A stretch of 63,813 bases of DNA, the filler included, from Cercozoa sp. M6MM (Eukaryota; Protista; Endomyxa: Ascetosporea): NCBI GenBank assembly GCA_040357565.1. It is 12 parts of 12 records of this genome, joined end to end, with 100 filler letters (N's around TTAATTAATTAA, not from the genome) between each part and the next. Parts side by side here need not be neighbours in the genome. Positions count along the whole stretch, not along the records: positions 1 to 3,703 come from JBDODJ010001344.1; positions 3,804 to 12,225 come from JBDODJ010000539.1; positions 12,326 to 16,620 come from JBDODJ010001178.1; 9 more parts are not named here. One strand, written 5' to 3'. This document shows positions 1-13,042 of this stretch, piece after piece; position 1 is the first letter of the stretch; every line of letters begins with the position of its first letter. The translations under genes were made by a program, and so were the position numbers. The notes under the pieces are model-generated. The model did no database searches. It had not been told where the DNA came from and saw only the letters and a list, made by a program, of their open reading frames with translations.

Positions 1-56
1 GGGGGGGGGTAAACAGGGGGGTAAACGGGGGGAGGGGGGGTAAAACAACGCATGTC

Positions 57-1235
57 TACCAGATCGCGAATGAGCTCGCGCGTTTTTTCTTGTATCTTCT
101 TTTGCTCCTGTACACCGAGGGAGTAAACGGAGGGGGGTAAACAGAGGGGTAAACATGGGGGTAAGCAGGGGGTGAATAGGTGGTAAACAGGGGGGGGGTA
201 AACAAGGGGGTAAACAAGGGGGTAAACAAGGGGGTAAACAGGGAGAGAAGGGGGGGTAAAACGAGTCTACTTTTTTCGAAAGTCGACGGCGACGCGGCGC
301 AGTTTCGGGACGATTCTGACCGTCGAGTGGCTACAACACAGCACACAAATGGCTACAATACAGACTGGCTACAATACAGACTGGCTACAATACAGACTGG
401 CTACACATATTTGTACCGTCTGAGTGGACGGTCCTTGTTTTTGTTGTTGTTGTTGTTGTTGTTGCAGCAGCGGGTCGAATCGCTCGTTCACCTTGATGAT
501 GGTCTGCCGCAGCTCCTCGATCTCCTGTGTAAAGTAGGGTGTAAAGTAGGGGGTAAAGTAGGGGATAAAGTAGGGGGTAAAGTAGGGGGTAAAGGGGTGT
601 TAAGTGGGAGTAAAAAGGGGGGTAAAGAGGGGGGTAAAGATGGGATAAAGAGGGAGGTAAAGATGGGGTAGAGATGGGGTAAAGAGGGTAGTATAGAGGG
701 TGGTATAGGGGGGGTAAAGAGGGGGATAAAGAGGGGGGTAAAGCGGAGGGCGGCACCTCGGGCGGGATCCAGTCGCCGGTGGCGGCGTCGCCGAGCGCCT
801 CGTCGGTGTGCACGACCTGGTCGAGCGGCAGGCGCCGGTCGCCCTCGATGATGCGCTGCCGTCGCTCGCGCTGCACGTCCTCCATCTCGGCGACTACCTT
901 GTCCTACACACACACACAGTAGACAGTAGGCAGTAGGCAGTAGACAGTAGACAGCAGACAGTAGTCGGCAGACAGTAGGCCAGACAGTACCGCCTGCTGC
1001 GACGACAGGCCGCGCGAGTGCTGCAGTTGCTGACGCATTTGCGTCAGCCGCTCCTGCCGGAAACGCTCAAAGTCAGGGTCCGCATCATCTGTACACACAT
1101 ACACGCGCCCTCACACAAATACACAAATTAGCTCTGACTGAAGCACGTGCTACCCTTGCCAGAGGTGTAAATTGGCGGTGTCGCTGCGAAATACTGCGCC
1201 ACTCGCACCGCGCGTGCTCTACCTTGCCTTAGCAT
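57..1235 (-). CDS. Multi-exon hypothetical protein, 3'-truncated at window start; R-rich N-terminus (possible organellar presequence), coiled-coil/poly-Q segments
   Basis: ATG at 1235 (MLRQGRARAVRVAQYF...); exons such as DPDFERFRQERLTQMRQQL, DKVVAEMEDVQRERRQRII and EIEELRQTIIKVNERFDPLLQQQQ are joined by GT-AG introns filled with repeats. Confidence 0.65.
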
Positions 1236-1559
1236 TGTGCTTGCGATCGCTGCTTGCACCTGCTCACACTAAGCACTTCTCAGGCGTGCACTCTCCCCAA
1301 GTCGGACATGTCCATAATTTGGTTCATTAGACCAAAGATTAAAGCACCTTAAGAATGACGGCAGTGGTCACATGATTGAAAAAAGATTCTTCCAACCTTG
1401 TGCTAATTTCGCGCCTTTGCATGGCCGTCGTGCTAGTAAAATTGCATTTTAGAGCTGCTTAAGTGGCGTCGCACTCTCGGTAACCGAGTTTTTGTGTGTT
1501 TTTTGTTTTTCCATCAAGGGAGGCATCTTGGTCTTCCGTGGGCAGGACCAGTCAAACTC

Positions 1560-2500
1560 ATGAATCGTTCGCTAGTTCTCGAGGACGACGTCCACGGAGT
1601 ACCTGTATCCAGTGTCTGCAGATACTGCACGTTTTGTTTTGTTGTATCCTGTATGTACAAAGGACGACGACGAGCTGACACGCGAGCAGGCATTGCGGGA
1701 CGGCATTACGCTCTCGCAGGCGTCCAAATGGACCACCGTCGCTAACATTGTACCAAGGTTAACTTCGGACTGTGTGTGTGAATGTGTATATCTGTACGTT
1801 CACAGGTGAACAATGTCATCGGCTCTGGTCTGCTCGTGCTGCCATGGGCTCTGTCACAGAGCTCGGCCATTCCCGGACTGTTGTAGGTTTCCCGTGGACT
1901 AACCCTGTTTCTTCTGTTCAGATTGCTTGTGTTTGTATTGGTTTGCAGAATGCTGACGGTGATTGGTTCCTTCTCGACCGCTTCGTTGCAGATGCTGGCC
2001 AGTGCGTGCGAAAGAACCAAGGTATATCGCTTCTGTAGGACATTCAGTTCCCTCTTTGGACCAAGGTGTAGACATTTTCTTGGGTACGGTAGGTGTTTAC
2101 GATTGAAGCACTGTGGACGCGTGCCTGGGGTCGCGAAAGGTGTGTCGTATTCTCTCCTTTAGTAAATCATATTACCTATTGCCATACGTTGCAGAGGCGA
2201 CTGGACAGCGCGCGTTGTCAACTGTACTGATACCTTGGGCATGTCTCGATGTCTTTGGCTTGGCTATTGTCTCGATTGCAGTCGTGTTTCTGTGCTTTGC
2301 GTACCCGCTGTCGTACCCTGTTCTTGTTGGTAGTCTTTTCTTTCAGAAGGGGATTTGTACTGTCGGTCGTATGCACATGTGTGTGTGTGTGTATGTGTGT
2401 GTGTGTGTGTATGTGTGTGTGTGTGTGTGTACGCATAGGCAACTTCATGTCGCCAGTGCTGCGCAACTGGTTCGGCCAGGACCACTTCTTGGTAGGCGCC

Positions 2501-2541
<41 letters not shown>

Positions 2542-3575
2542 TGTGTGTGTGTGTGTGTGTTCGAAAGTACTGTTGAACAGAGTCAGCGCAACGTGATTGT
2601 GATCGGTTCCACGGCGCTGTTGATGGTGCCACTGTCGCTCCTGCCGAACTTGTCCTCGCTGCGGCATGTGTCCTCGCTCGGCATTGTGTACTCTTGTTCT
2701 GCTCTTTGATATCTCTGTGCTACCCCACTGGGTGCTGAATTTGACGACTCAGTTCAGTCGCATTCGTTGCTATTCTTGTGTTGGCGACGACGGTACATTG
2801 TGTTCTTCGTGAAGAGGAGTCGTCTGATTCATAGAAACTTTGTTTGGGGAGACAGATCGAAAACGGCATCGCTGATTCCTTCGAGTGGTTCCGACTCGAC
2901 TTTGGCATCTTTGTGTACCTTGCCTTTGTTTCTGTTTGACCTTTGTCGTACCCTGACTATCCGTATGCGTGTGTGTGTGGGTATGAAGTGCCATGGGCAT
3001 CATGAATATGGCGTATGCGTGTCACTTCAACGGACCACGACTGTATGGCGAGATGCGGCATCGCACGCCTTCCAAGTTCGGTATCTGTAGTTGCCTCTAC
3101 TCATGGGTTGTATCTGTCTCCCCCTACGGTCAGGCGGAGTTGCACTGCTGTCCATCGGCTCCTGCTTGCTGGTATTCTTGGTGTTTATTCCTCCCTCTTC
3201 CCTTCTGTCTTTTGTGCATGTGTACTCTTGCAGGTGTACGGCACGAGTGCACTCAGTGGCTACATGCAATTTGGCGAGGACGTGTGCGGCGACGTTCTGT
3301 CTGTACGAGGCTCTATTATTCGCGTGTACTCCCTCCCTCTTTCACTCTCTTTGAATACCCTTCAGTCGCTACCGGGTGATGGTTGGCTTTTCGCACTGGC
3401 GCGAGTGCTGATGAGCATCGTGGCCATCTGTACCTACCCGCTGCCTCTGTATTTTCCTGCCATATCTATACCGCCCTGTTTCTTTGTTACTCTCATACTG
3501 TGACTAGTGCTGCCACTCGGGCCAATCTGGACGCAGCGATTTTCGGCGGCAAACGAACCATGACCCGGGCGAGGT
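1560..3575 (+). CDS. Amino-acid transporter, Aa_trans/AAAP (SLC38/AVT-like) family, multi-exon, 3'-truncated
   Basis: Spliced motifs: [22 protein letters not shown] (TM1), [73 protein letters not shown]. Confidence 0.88.
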
Positions 3576-3610
3576 TCCCTTTTCTGCTCGTTTGTTCAGA
3601 CAGTCAAACT

Positions 3611-3926
<316 letters not shown>

Positions 3927-3953
3927 GAGTGTCCATGGAATCTTGTCAAACAG

Positions 3954-6900
3954 TATTGGTACGCTCGGGTACGGCTCCCGAGTGGGACATGTGCTCGCAG
4001 TCGGTCGACTCGGCGCACGCACTAGACTGTGCGTGCACACCGGGCACAACTCACAATGTAAAAAAAACTGCTGTTCTCCGCTCTGAGACTCCGGATTCTT
4101 ACACACCGAGGTGATTGCAGGGCGATTCGGTCAAAGTCCCCCTGGCGACGGTGTTTAAGCACGTGCTGGCTGCAGCAGTGGTACTACAACATTTTACTGA
4201 GATAGTAAGCCACACAATACCGATAAAGTAATATGAATGACTTTGATACAACACCTCACGCTGGAACTGAATAGACGCGAGTTTGTCGTTACTGCGAAGT
4301 TCGTCCTAATGAAATCAAATGGACGTTAACCGTCCCCGCCTTTCAAGGCAACGACATGGCCAAGGAATGGCTCGAAGACCTTGCAGTTACCCAAGGTTTG
4401 AAGGCGAGTCTCGAGCTCGAACCCTTGACCGCACTGAAATCGATGTGCGCACAATTGCCGAAGGAGATCGAGCAGCACGCCACTGTTGTCGTCGCCGATT
4501 TGGGAGCCGGTACTGCCGACGTTTGCGCGTTGAAAGTTCTCGAGACGTCGGCTGACGGTGCGCCGACCAAATGTGCCGTCGACTACGCCGATGCCGTCCA
4601 TGTACTCCCTTAGTTTTTCCACTGTTCGCCGACTTAGTAACTATACTGTTCGTTGATCGCTTGACACAGGCAGGAGGAACCGACGTCGACAAGGCATGCG
4701 CGCTGCTGCTGGAATCTGTCTTCGGTACTATGGATGTAAATTAAATGAACTGCGAAAGTGTTTCATCCTGAGCAACTAAATGCTTACTTAGGTCAATGCT
4801 GGAGCAGCAGAACGACTAACCTCGACAAAGTCGCAATCGCGAGCGACTTTGAGATCAAAAAGGCTAATTACTGCGGCAACAAGCTCGGTATGTTTACTTA
4901 CCTTGAGATGAGATAAACTTGAGTCGTTCTAAAATCTGTATACTTATTCGTTGTTCGAACAACGACAGTGCTCAACTTGAGCCGCGCGAATTCGTTGCTT
5001 GACGCCGTGAGTGAACTCACGGTCGACGAGCGCGACGCACTGATGGGCAGAGTCACCGACTTGGGCGAAGGCGCGAAGTTCAACGAAAAACGCGCCCGCC
5101 TCACGCTGCCTGCTGACACAGTGACGCAACTGTTCGCTCCGACAGTCGAAAAAATCATTAACTTCATCGAGCGAGTGCACTATGCGGCAAACAGTGACGT
5201 TGCGGCTCTCTTCGTGACGGGAGGCTTCTCGCAGTCGAGTGTTGTGTGCGAGGCACTCCGCGCCTCGCTCGGAGATGTCGACTTGCTGCAGTGCGCTCGT
5301 CCGCGCGTGGCAGTGGCGCACGGTGCTGTTCTTTTGTCTCTACACACAGAGTTTGTGTTCTCGCGACGCATGCATCGTACGTATGGTAAACTCGCTTTCC
5401 GCCGGGTATCGTTTCAGTCGAATACTTCTTTATCGATCCTCTCTAGGCAAAGCCGTATACGTCCCGTTCAACCCGCACCAACACCACGATGCCTCAGCTG
5501 CAAGCATGGTACAGTACCGACTTTGGATGTAAATTTATTTAGACAGTAAATTTAAATATGCATACTTAAAAATTAACTTATCAAACCGGTCCTCAGGTTT
5601 CGCTACCTGACGGCAGTACGCTCGTTGCCACGTTCCACACCTTTGTGCGCAAGGGGGAAGAAGTAGAGGACAACTACACTGTACTTACTTTCGCCTCTCT
5701 AGCTTTATATTTGGGATACTGGTAATTGCTTTCACTTCTCGCACAGACAAGTGTCAAGACACGTGCCCCAAGCAGAAACCAGCGACATGTCGACATGCTT
5801 TTGTTGTCAAGCGAAAACACGCACCCCAAGTATGCATTCGACAGCGACGTCGACCACGTGCGCACGTATGCTAACTTTTATGCTTGATGCTTCCTCTGCT
5901 TCTCCTATAAGTTACATCGGTCAAAAATACAAGTGCTCCATGTTGGTAGTTGGCGTATCGAGGCGACGAACACCTCACTGCTGCGTCTTAAGACGAGTGT
6001 ATCCTTTGGCGCGTCGGTTTGCGTGCGAGCCGAGCAAGAAGGCTCGATCGACCGTGTCAATCTCGCGTATCCGCACAAGCAGAAGGCGGTGGAGCAAGCT
6101 GCAGACGCGCTGCGTGGTACAACCAGTTCCTTCGAGTCCACAGGTGCGACGAAGGTCGATCTCGCCTTCCTCGTCGACTGCACTGGCAGCATGGGACCGT
6201 ACCTTTTCGTTTAACTGCTAATAGTGTGTAACAGTTTTTTTTTACACCTCTATAGCTACATCGATGGTGTTAAGAACAAAGTCCAGCAAGCAGTTCGTGA
6301 GGTCCAACGGGCATGCCAGAAGAAGATTGAGTTGCGCGTTGCGTTTGTGGGATACCGTGATTACAAGTAAATATTGCTTTGTTGAGCGCTGCACGTAGCC
6401 TGTACGGGTGGTTAATATTGCTTTGTTGAGCAGCACTTTGGGAGCCAACACCCACTTTGTGAAGACTGACTTCACCAACAACTTGACTCTATTCTGCAAC
6501 TTTGTCAATACCGTTCGGGTACCTAAAGCTCAATCTGTTCCTCGTTGATATTTGTCGCCGCCGTACATCAATCAGTACCGCCGCATTTGCGCAGAGTATT
6601 GCCAATCAAGACTCTGCAGAAGACGTTCTCGGTGGCATGGATTTGTTGCAATCGGTATCTCAGCGTTTTGTTTTCTTACAGTCATTTTTCACCGGTTCAC
6701 TCGATTTGCGGTCTGGTTGTGTAGCTGAGCTGGCGCAAGGAGCCGTCAGTGTATGTGGTGTTCCACATCGGTGATTGTCCACCGCATGGCACGCAGTTCC
6801 ACGGAAATCGAGTCAGCGACTTGTACCCTCTCGGAGCACCTCAAGCGGATCTCTCATATCTTCGCAACACGATAAACCGGATCACTCGACGTAACATACT

Positions 6901-7319
6901 GAACTTTTAATTCCACTGCCGGATGCATAAATTTCACACTGTATGCTTATTGGGTGCTGAAGAAACAATGGCTCTTGGAGAGGAGCAGGGAGGCCCGGAA
7001 GGCTCGCAGCTTCATTACCACTTTGTGCACATTCACCGCGACCTGGTACAGTATTTTGCCGGCCAAAGTTGCTTTTTGCTGGTAAACTGATATCTGTAAT
7101 CGGTGACAATTACAGACGGAGCAGTTCGTCAAAGTGATGCGTGCGAACGGTCTCCAAATCTTCGGTACTGTGTGCATTCAGTACTCATCTCACTTTACGA
7201 GGGTCTCATGGCACCGGCTCCTCTGTACAGAATCGGAACTCGCCAGCGCCGATATGGTGGGAGACGTGACGAAAAACGTCCTTCTCAAGGCGATCGAAAT
7301 CTACGACAACGGCAACTGA
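3954..7319 (+). CDS. Hsp70-like (HSPA12-type) actin-fold ATPase fused to a C-terminal vWA domain; 5'-truncated, at least 13 exons
   Basis: Hsp70-like motifs IKWTLTVPA, VVADLGAGTAD, AGGTDVD, LFVTGGFSQS, AVAHGAVL, RRMHRTYG. In-frame GT-AG splicing continues into vWA motifs DLAFLVDCTGSMGPYI, RVAFVGYRDY, DSAEDVLGG, FHIGDCPPHG; TGA at 7317-7319. Confidence 0.82.
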
Positions 7320-7546
7320 CCGAACTCCCGCCGTTGTGCACTGTCTCGACCTCGAACTTGAACCTTGCGCTGAACGATCTATATCTTTATAGTTGAGTGT
7401 TCCTTGCACTCGATCGACTCGCGAGTCTCATCTTCAAGAGCATTTTAAATTTAAAGTCAGTTCGGTTGATTTCTTTGCCAGGCTGCTGACGACTGGGGCC
7501 TTACAGTCAAACCGAGGGCTTGAGCTGACTGAATTCAGACTGCACG

Positions 7547-8282
7547 ATGAGCTCGAACACATATGTCGACCTCTTTAGTGAGCACTTTGCTCAAAGCAGA
7601 GTGAGTTTCAGTTTTGCTCAACGTGATCTGACTTCGATGCTGAGCGCGGCGTCTCAGAGAGTGCAGGACTCGCTGTTGCGCGTCGAAGCAGCAGTGAACG
7701 GATTAATCACGTCTCAAAAGCATCACGGTGGCAGCACAACTCCACTGCGACCGACGCGAGAAATCAAGTCGGGACTGAATGCAGAGCAATCTTGCTGCGA
7801 ACGAGTGACAAAAACGAACTACGCTGCGCTGAACTCTCGCGTATCGGCGCTGTTTCGTCGACGAAGGAAGGCCAGAGCAGTGGACATGAAGTTCCTGCTA
7901 AAGCAGTACTGCGGCACGCGACTGGGTCGTGACGAGTTTAAAAACTACGGTCAGTTTTGTGGCTTCTGGATGCACTTGCGGTAAAACTACACTACGGCAA
8001 CTGCTTAATTCAGTGGAAGCACGGTTTTCTGCCTTGCGACGACAGCATCCGGCGCGAATCACTGTGCGCGAGAAGAACCACCTCGAATGCACTGCATGCG
8101 ATGCTTCCTTTCGATCGTACAGGAGACATCTTCAGCTTGCTTCGATCGTGTTGATATACGAGTTCAGATTTCTCTGCAGGTTCCAAGAACTGAACGACCA
8201 CAAGGAGCTTTCATGCGAGCGAAGCTGGCGCGAGTACCAGTCCGAGCTGCGTCAACGCATCCTGGCATCTCGGACTTTATGA
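7547..8282 (+). CDS. Hypothetical protein with a C-terminal C2HC-type zinc finger
   Basis: After splicing: LECTACDASFRS|FQELNDHKELSC (C-x2-C-x12-H-x4-C). Confidence 0.55.
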
Positions 8283-8520
8283 GCGTTCTAGACTTCCTCG
8301 GATGTTCTACGCCATAGATTTAATACCATCAGTATCGTTTTCGCACCTCCGATTGATGTTGTATAACATGGTTAATACAATCCGCGCGGAAGGAGGCGAC
8401 TGCAACATATTCCAATGCCAGGCACTGTCAGACAGCTTGTACTGAGCTCTGGTCAAAGGCTACCGTGAGCACGTGGGAATACTGCTCTTGTTAGTGAGCG
8501 GAAACTGTGATTGAAGTCAG

Positions 8521-10667
8521 ATGTCAGCATTTGCAACTGCTCCCGGGAGAGAGAAAGTTCGCAGGTCTCGCGAGCAAGCTGCACTCGCTGCCTTGGAGCC
8601 GAAACTGCAGCGCAGTTTTCGTGGTCACTCGCAGGCAGCACGCTGTGTGAGCTTCAATCCGAATCTCAAGCAAATAGCGTCCGGTGGAGACGATGGGCTT
8701 GTTATGGTAGCCATGTTTGCAGGACTGTGGTATTTTTTATTCCGTCCTGTTGATGTTTCGAGTGTGTCAGGTGTGGAACTTTAAGCCATCCCTTCGTGCC
8801 TTCAAGTTCAACGGCCATACTGCCCCAGTCACGGCAGTTCAGTACACGGACTATGCCTGGCGAGGCTCTTCAGGTACTGTGGCCACAGTCGTACCGCTCG
8901 TGAGAATACAGGGTTAGTTTACATTTGAGCAGAGCGAGCAAGTGCGGACCAAGTGCTGCTGGCGAGTGCTTCGCGCGATGGCGAGATCCGTCTGTGGCAG
9001 CCTCGTGTGACAGGCAAGTCGCGTGTTGTGCGGGCGCACCTGTCTCCTATCAATGATCTCGACGTGCACAGTGCCACCACGTGAGTGGATACTTCTGTCG
9101 GTGTCTCAGTGCTCGTTGTGACCCTGAAAACTGCAGAGGAGGCGAGCTGCACCTGTGCACGGCCAGTGATGACAAGACCGTGAAGCTGTGGACTGCCGCC
9201 AGCGACGGCGGCGGCGGCGAGCTGCGCTTCCGGCGCACTCTGCGAGGCCACACGCACTGGGTCTCCTCGGCCGCTCTGTCGCCTGACACGCTGCTCGCGC
9301 TGTCGGGCGCGCACGACAAGACCGTCAAGCTGTGGTACTCTAGTTGTATTCTCCAATCTGTATCGCAGTATCTCCATCATATATGTATAAAAAAATACAT
9401 ATATATATAATATGTGTATATATGTAAATAATATATATATATATACAGATACTGATATATATATATATATATATATATATTAATAATATATTCTACAGTA
9501 AAAGATATACAGATATATGTGTGTGTATGACAGGGACGCGCACAACGCGCAATGCGTGCAGACCTTTCGGCAGCACGACGCGCCAGTGCGCTGCGTGCGG
9601 TTCCACCCGGACGGCTCTCTGGTGGCAGCCTGCGGCGACGACGGCTCGGTGAAAGTGTGGGACGTGCGTAGCGGCAAGCTGCTGCAGCACTACGATGCGC
9701 ACACCGGCAGCGTCAACGGCATTGCCTTCCACGCGAGCGGAGCCTTCCTACTCAGTGTGGGTGACGACAGCGCCATCAAGGCCTGGGACCTCGCCGAAGG
9801 ACGCCTGCTCTACACGATCGAGGCGCACACCGACGCAGTGCGCGGCGCCGCCTTCTCTCCGCACGGCGACTACTTTGCCACGGCCGGGCAAGACAAGCTA
9901 GTGCTCGTGTGGCAGACCTGCTTCGACCGCAAGTACCAAAACATGCTGCGCGGCCGCACCGGGTCCGCAAGCTACAGCAATGCGAAAAAGCCGAGTCAGC
10001 GCAAGCTGTCGAAAGCAACGAAAGCGCAGTCGACACTTGCTGGGTCAGTTCAGTCATATGGATTATGGATCATGATAGCTCGACTTGTCTTGCCCTGTCA
10101 GCAGAGAGGAGACACTCAAGAGTGATGACAAGCAGGTGCAAGCAGCACAGTCACAGTGCGATCAGACAGACAAGAGGAACATGGTGGTGCAGGCACGTGT
10201 CACTGCGTCCAGCAGTCCGCGCGGCAAGCTGTCCGAGGACTCGATCGTGCAGGTGCTCAGGTCGCTGACGGAGCGACTGGACCTGGTCACTACGGCACTC
10301 AGTTCGCTGGACCAACGACTCGCCATACAAGAGGAGAAGATGCTCGCACTGGCGCCTCCACACACACGAACTGCGCATGTGCCGACACCGGCAGCAGCAG
10401 CAGCAGCAGCCACCGGCGACAGCAGCATCAGCGAGCTGCAGATCCGCGTCGACTCGCCCGACGCTACCGTGGTACACACGCATGCATTCAGACACAGCAC
10501 TAGCAGTATGCCTCAAGTCGCTGCAGGAGTTCCACGTGCCACGTCAGCACACTGCCGACTCGCAGTCCTTCCTGTCCTCCTCGCAGTCCTCGCTGTGCAC
10601 CTCGACCACCTCGGAAGTCAGCACTCCAACCACAAGCGAAGTCAGCGACGCTGCTGCCTTTCATTAA
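8521..10667 (+). CDS. POC1: POC1 centriolar/basal-body WD40 protein
   Basis: N-terminal EPKLQRSFRGH...IASGGDDGLVMVWNFKPSLRAFKFNGH, further WD40 repeats, and the C-terminal Poc1 coiled coil LRSLTERLDLVTTALSSLDQRLAIQEEKM; stop 10665-10667. Confidence 0.92.
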
Positions 10668-10887
10668 TTCAACGGCATCGTCCAGCAGGCGTTAATTGCA
10701 CTGCAAATTATAAGATCGCACTTCCTGGCTCGAGTGACCTGGCTACAGCATCCCCCAGGCAGATCGCTTGACGCCAACGCGCACGATTAGAGTTCTTGGT
10801 GCTTGCAGGGTACTGTAACTAGCGTGTACACACGAGAGAGCCCAACAGGGAGACATGCAACTCGTGTGATTGTGTTGCTTGCGCAGG

Positions 10888-12062
10888 AGTCTCCGATGCT
10901 GGCGCAAAGCACGCACGTCGAGCACTTCTTCGGCGACACAGCACAGGCGTCGCCGGCCGCCGACATGCTTGTGGTGTGTTTGCCCCCCTGTTTACCTCCT
11001 TACCCCGTTTACCCCCTCCCCCGCGCAGCGCACGGAGCAGGTGGTGCTCGACACGCAGCAGCGACTGCAGCGATTCGAAGCGGCGCTCGGCATGCAGCAC
11101 CAGCCTGCCTTTGTTGGTACCTTTTGTGAGTGACTAAGTGAGTGAGTGGGTTGGCCTCCCAGTTGGCACGTGGGCGAGTGCGCACGTGTGCACAGGCAAG
11201 ACACGTGGCGACTTGGTGTCGCTGAAGGCCACGGCCGCGAGTGCCGACGACAGCGCCGTGCGTCTGCTGCTGCGACTCGGCGACGGCAGCGGTTTCGGTA
11301 CCTCTTTGTGTTTTATTTAAGGGGGATGCGAGCTGTCTCTCTACCCTTCCGCGCGGACACTCTGTGTGGCAGACCGTGTGCTCGCCGTGATTGCCGCTCT
11401 GTGGTACATCTATATATATATATATATACGTGTACATATATATGTATGTCTATGTAAAGATGTATTGATGTAGACACAGTGTATATGATGTATATGGTGT
11501 GAACAGTGAGGAGAGCACGTCGCTACAGCAGCACGCCGAGCAACACCTGCTGCCTCAGGTAGGCAGGTAGGGGGGTTGGGAGTGGGGGCTGGGGTTGGGG
11601 TTGCGCCCCCCCCCCCCCCCTGGGGGGGGAGGGGTGGGGGGTAAGGGGAGGCGTGGGGGTAAGGGCAGGGGTGGGGGTAAGAGGGTAGCGGTACGACTGT
11701 GCCTACACAGCTGTCGGCGTTCGAGCTGCGCGAGGGCGAGCACGGCGAGGTGCGCATGGGCACGCTACTGCCGCTGCTGTCGGACGCGGCGGCATGGTCG
11801 GCACGAGTGCGCTCGCTGCTGTGCAACACGTGTCAGCAGGTACACACGTGCCCACTGGGACATGTGCCCACTGGGACATGTGTCCACTGGGACATGTGTC
11901 CACTGGGAAGGTCCTGGGTCACACGACTCACGTGCTCACTGTGTGCTCAGATGGGCGCACTGATGTCGCCGCAGCAGACGCTGTGCGAGCAGTATCTGCG
12001 ACCGGCACAGGCGCCACTCGGCGCTCTTTTCGACGCCGTCGGCGGCGCACTACGTGCTGTGT
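10888..12062 (+). CDS. Multi-exon hypothetical protein, 3'-truncated
   Basis: GC-rich exons (TQQRLQRFEAALGMQ; QLSAFELREGEHGEVRMG; QQTLCEQYLRPAQAPLGALFDAV) separated by repeat-filled GT-AG introns; no recognisable domain. Confidence 0.55.
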
Positions 12063-12073
12063 GAGTCTCAAGT

Positions 12074-12225
12074 TTTACCCCCCTGTTTACCCCCCTGTTT
12101 ACCCCCCTGTTTACCCCCCTGTTTACCCCCCTGTTTACCCCCCTGTTTACCCCCTATTTACCCCCCTGTTTACTCCCTGTTTACCCCCCTGTTTACCCCC
12201 CTGTTTACCCCCCTGTTTACCCCCC
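12074..12225. repeat. 12-nt minisatellite (TTTACCCCCCTG)n; dispersed intronic family, also at 1-260, 530-740, 48850-48990, 49233-49331, 49560-49632
   Basis: Direct reading; lies immediately after a GT donor. Confidence 0.9.
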
Positions 12226-12351
12226 NNNNNNNNNNNNNNNNNNNNNNNNNNNNNNNNNNNNNNNNNNNNTTAATTAATTAANNNNNNNNNNNNNNNNNNN
12301 NNNNNNNNNNNNNNNNNNNNNNNNNTTGTGTGTGTGTGTGTGTGTGTGTGT

Positions 12352-12485
<134 letters not shown>

Positions 12486-13042
12486 GGAGTGCACTTCAAG
12501 GCCATGGCACTTACGCGAAAATCGGCGCCGCCTCTGTACGGAGCTTGTTGTTTCTTCTTGTTGTTTTTTCTTGTTGTTTTTTCTTGTTGGTTTTTCGTGT
12601 TGTATTTTTTGTTATTTGTTGGTATTTCCTTATTTGCTGTTTTTTCTTGTTGTTTGTTTGGTTTCATTGTTGTTATTGCTTGTTGTTTTTGTTCTGGTGT
12701 TGGTTGTTGTTGTTCTTTGTGGTTGTTGACGTTGACTATCGCTGCAGGGGCTTTGAGAAGCCGGTAGTCTCTTCAACTCGCAACTGGCGAGTCGGTGACT
12801 CGGTACAGCTCCTACTTTGCTTACCCCTCCCCTTACCCATGTACGCCCCCCCCACAGATCGCGCTGAAGCGCCGGACCCGTTTCGCGTATCCGGAAAATT
12901 TCGACATGAAGACTATCGATGGTACCAAATGCACACCCTTAAGTGAAACCACCCTTTTACGGCACTTCGGACAGCCACGATGGAGGGCGTTCTGGCCAAC
13001 CCGTTGGAGAGAAGCATCGCCGGCCTCATGCCTCCTCTCTGA
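12486..13042 (+). CDS. 3' fragment of a hypothetical multi-exon gene
   Basis: Exons GVHFKAMALTRK / GFEKPVVSSTRNWRVGDS / IALKRRTRFAYPENFDMKTID / ATMEGVLANPLERSIAGLMPPL-stop with GT-AG junctions. Confidence 0.5.

Noticed and set aside
11851-11908. CRISPR-like repeat array (CCACTGGGACATGTG(C/T) units)
   Set aside because: Head-to-tail units without unique spacers, inside an intron; no cas genes.
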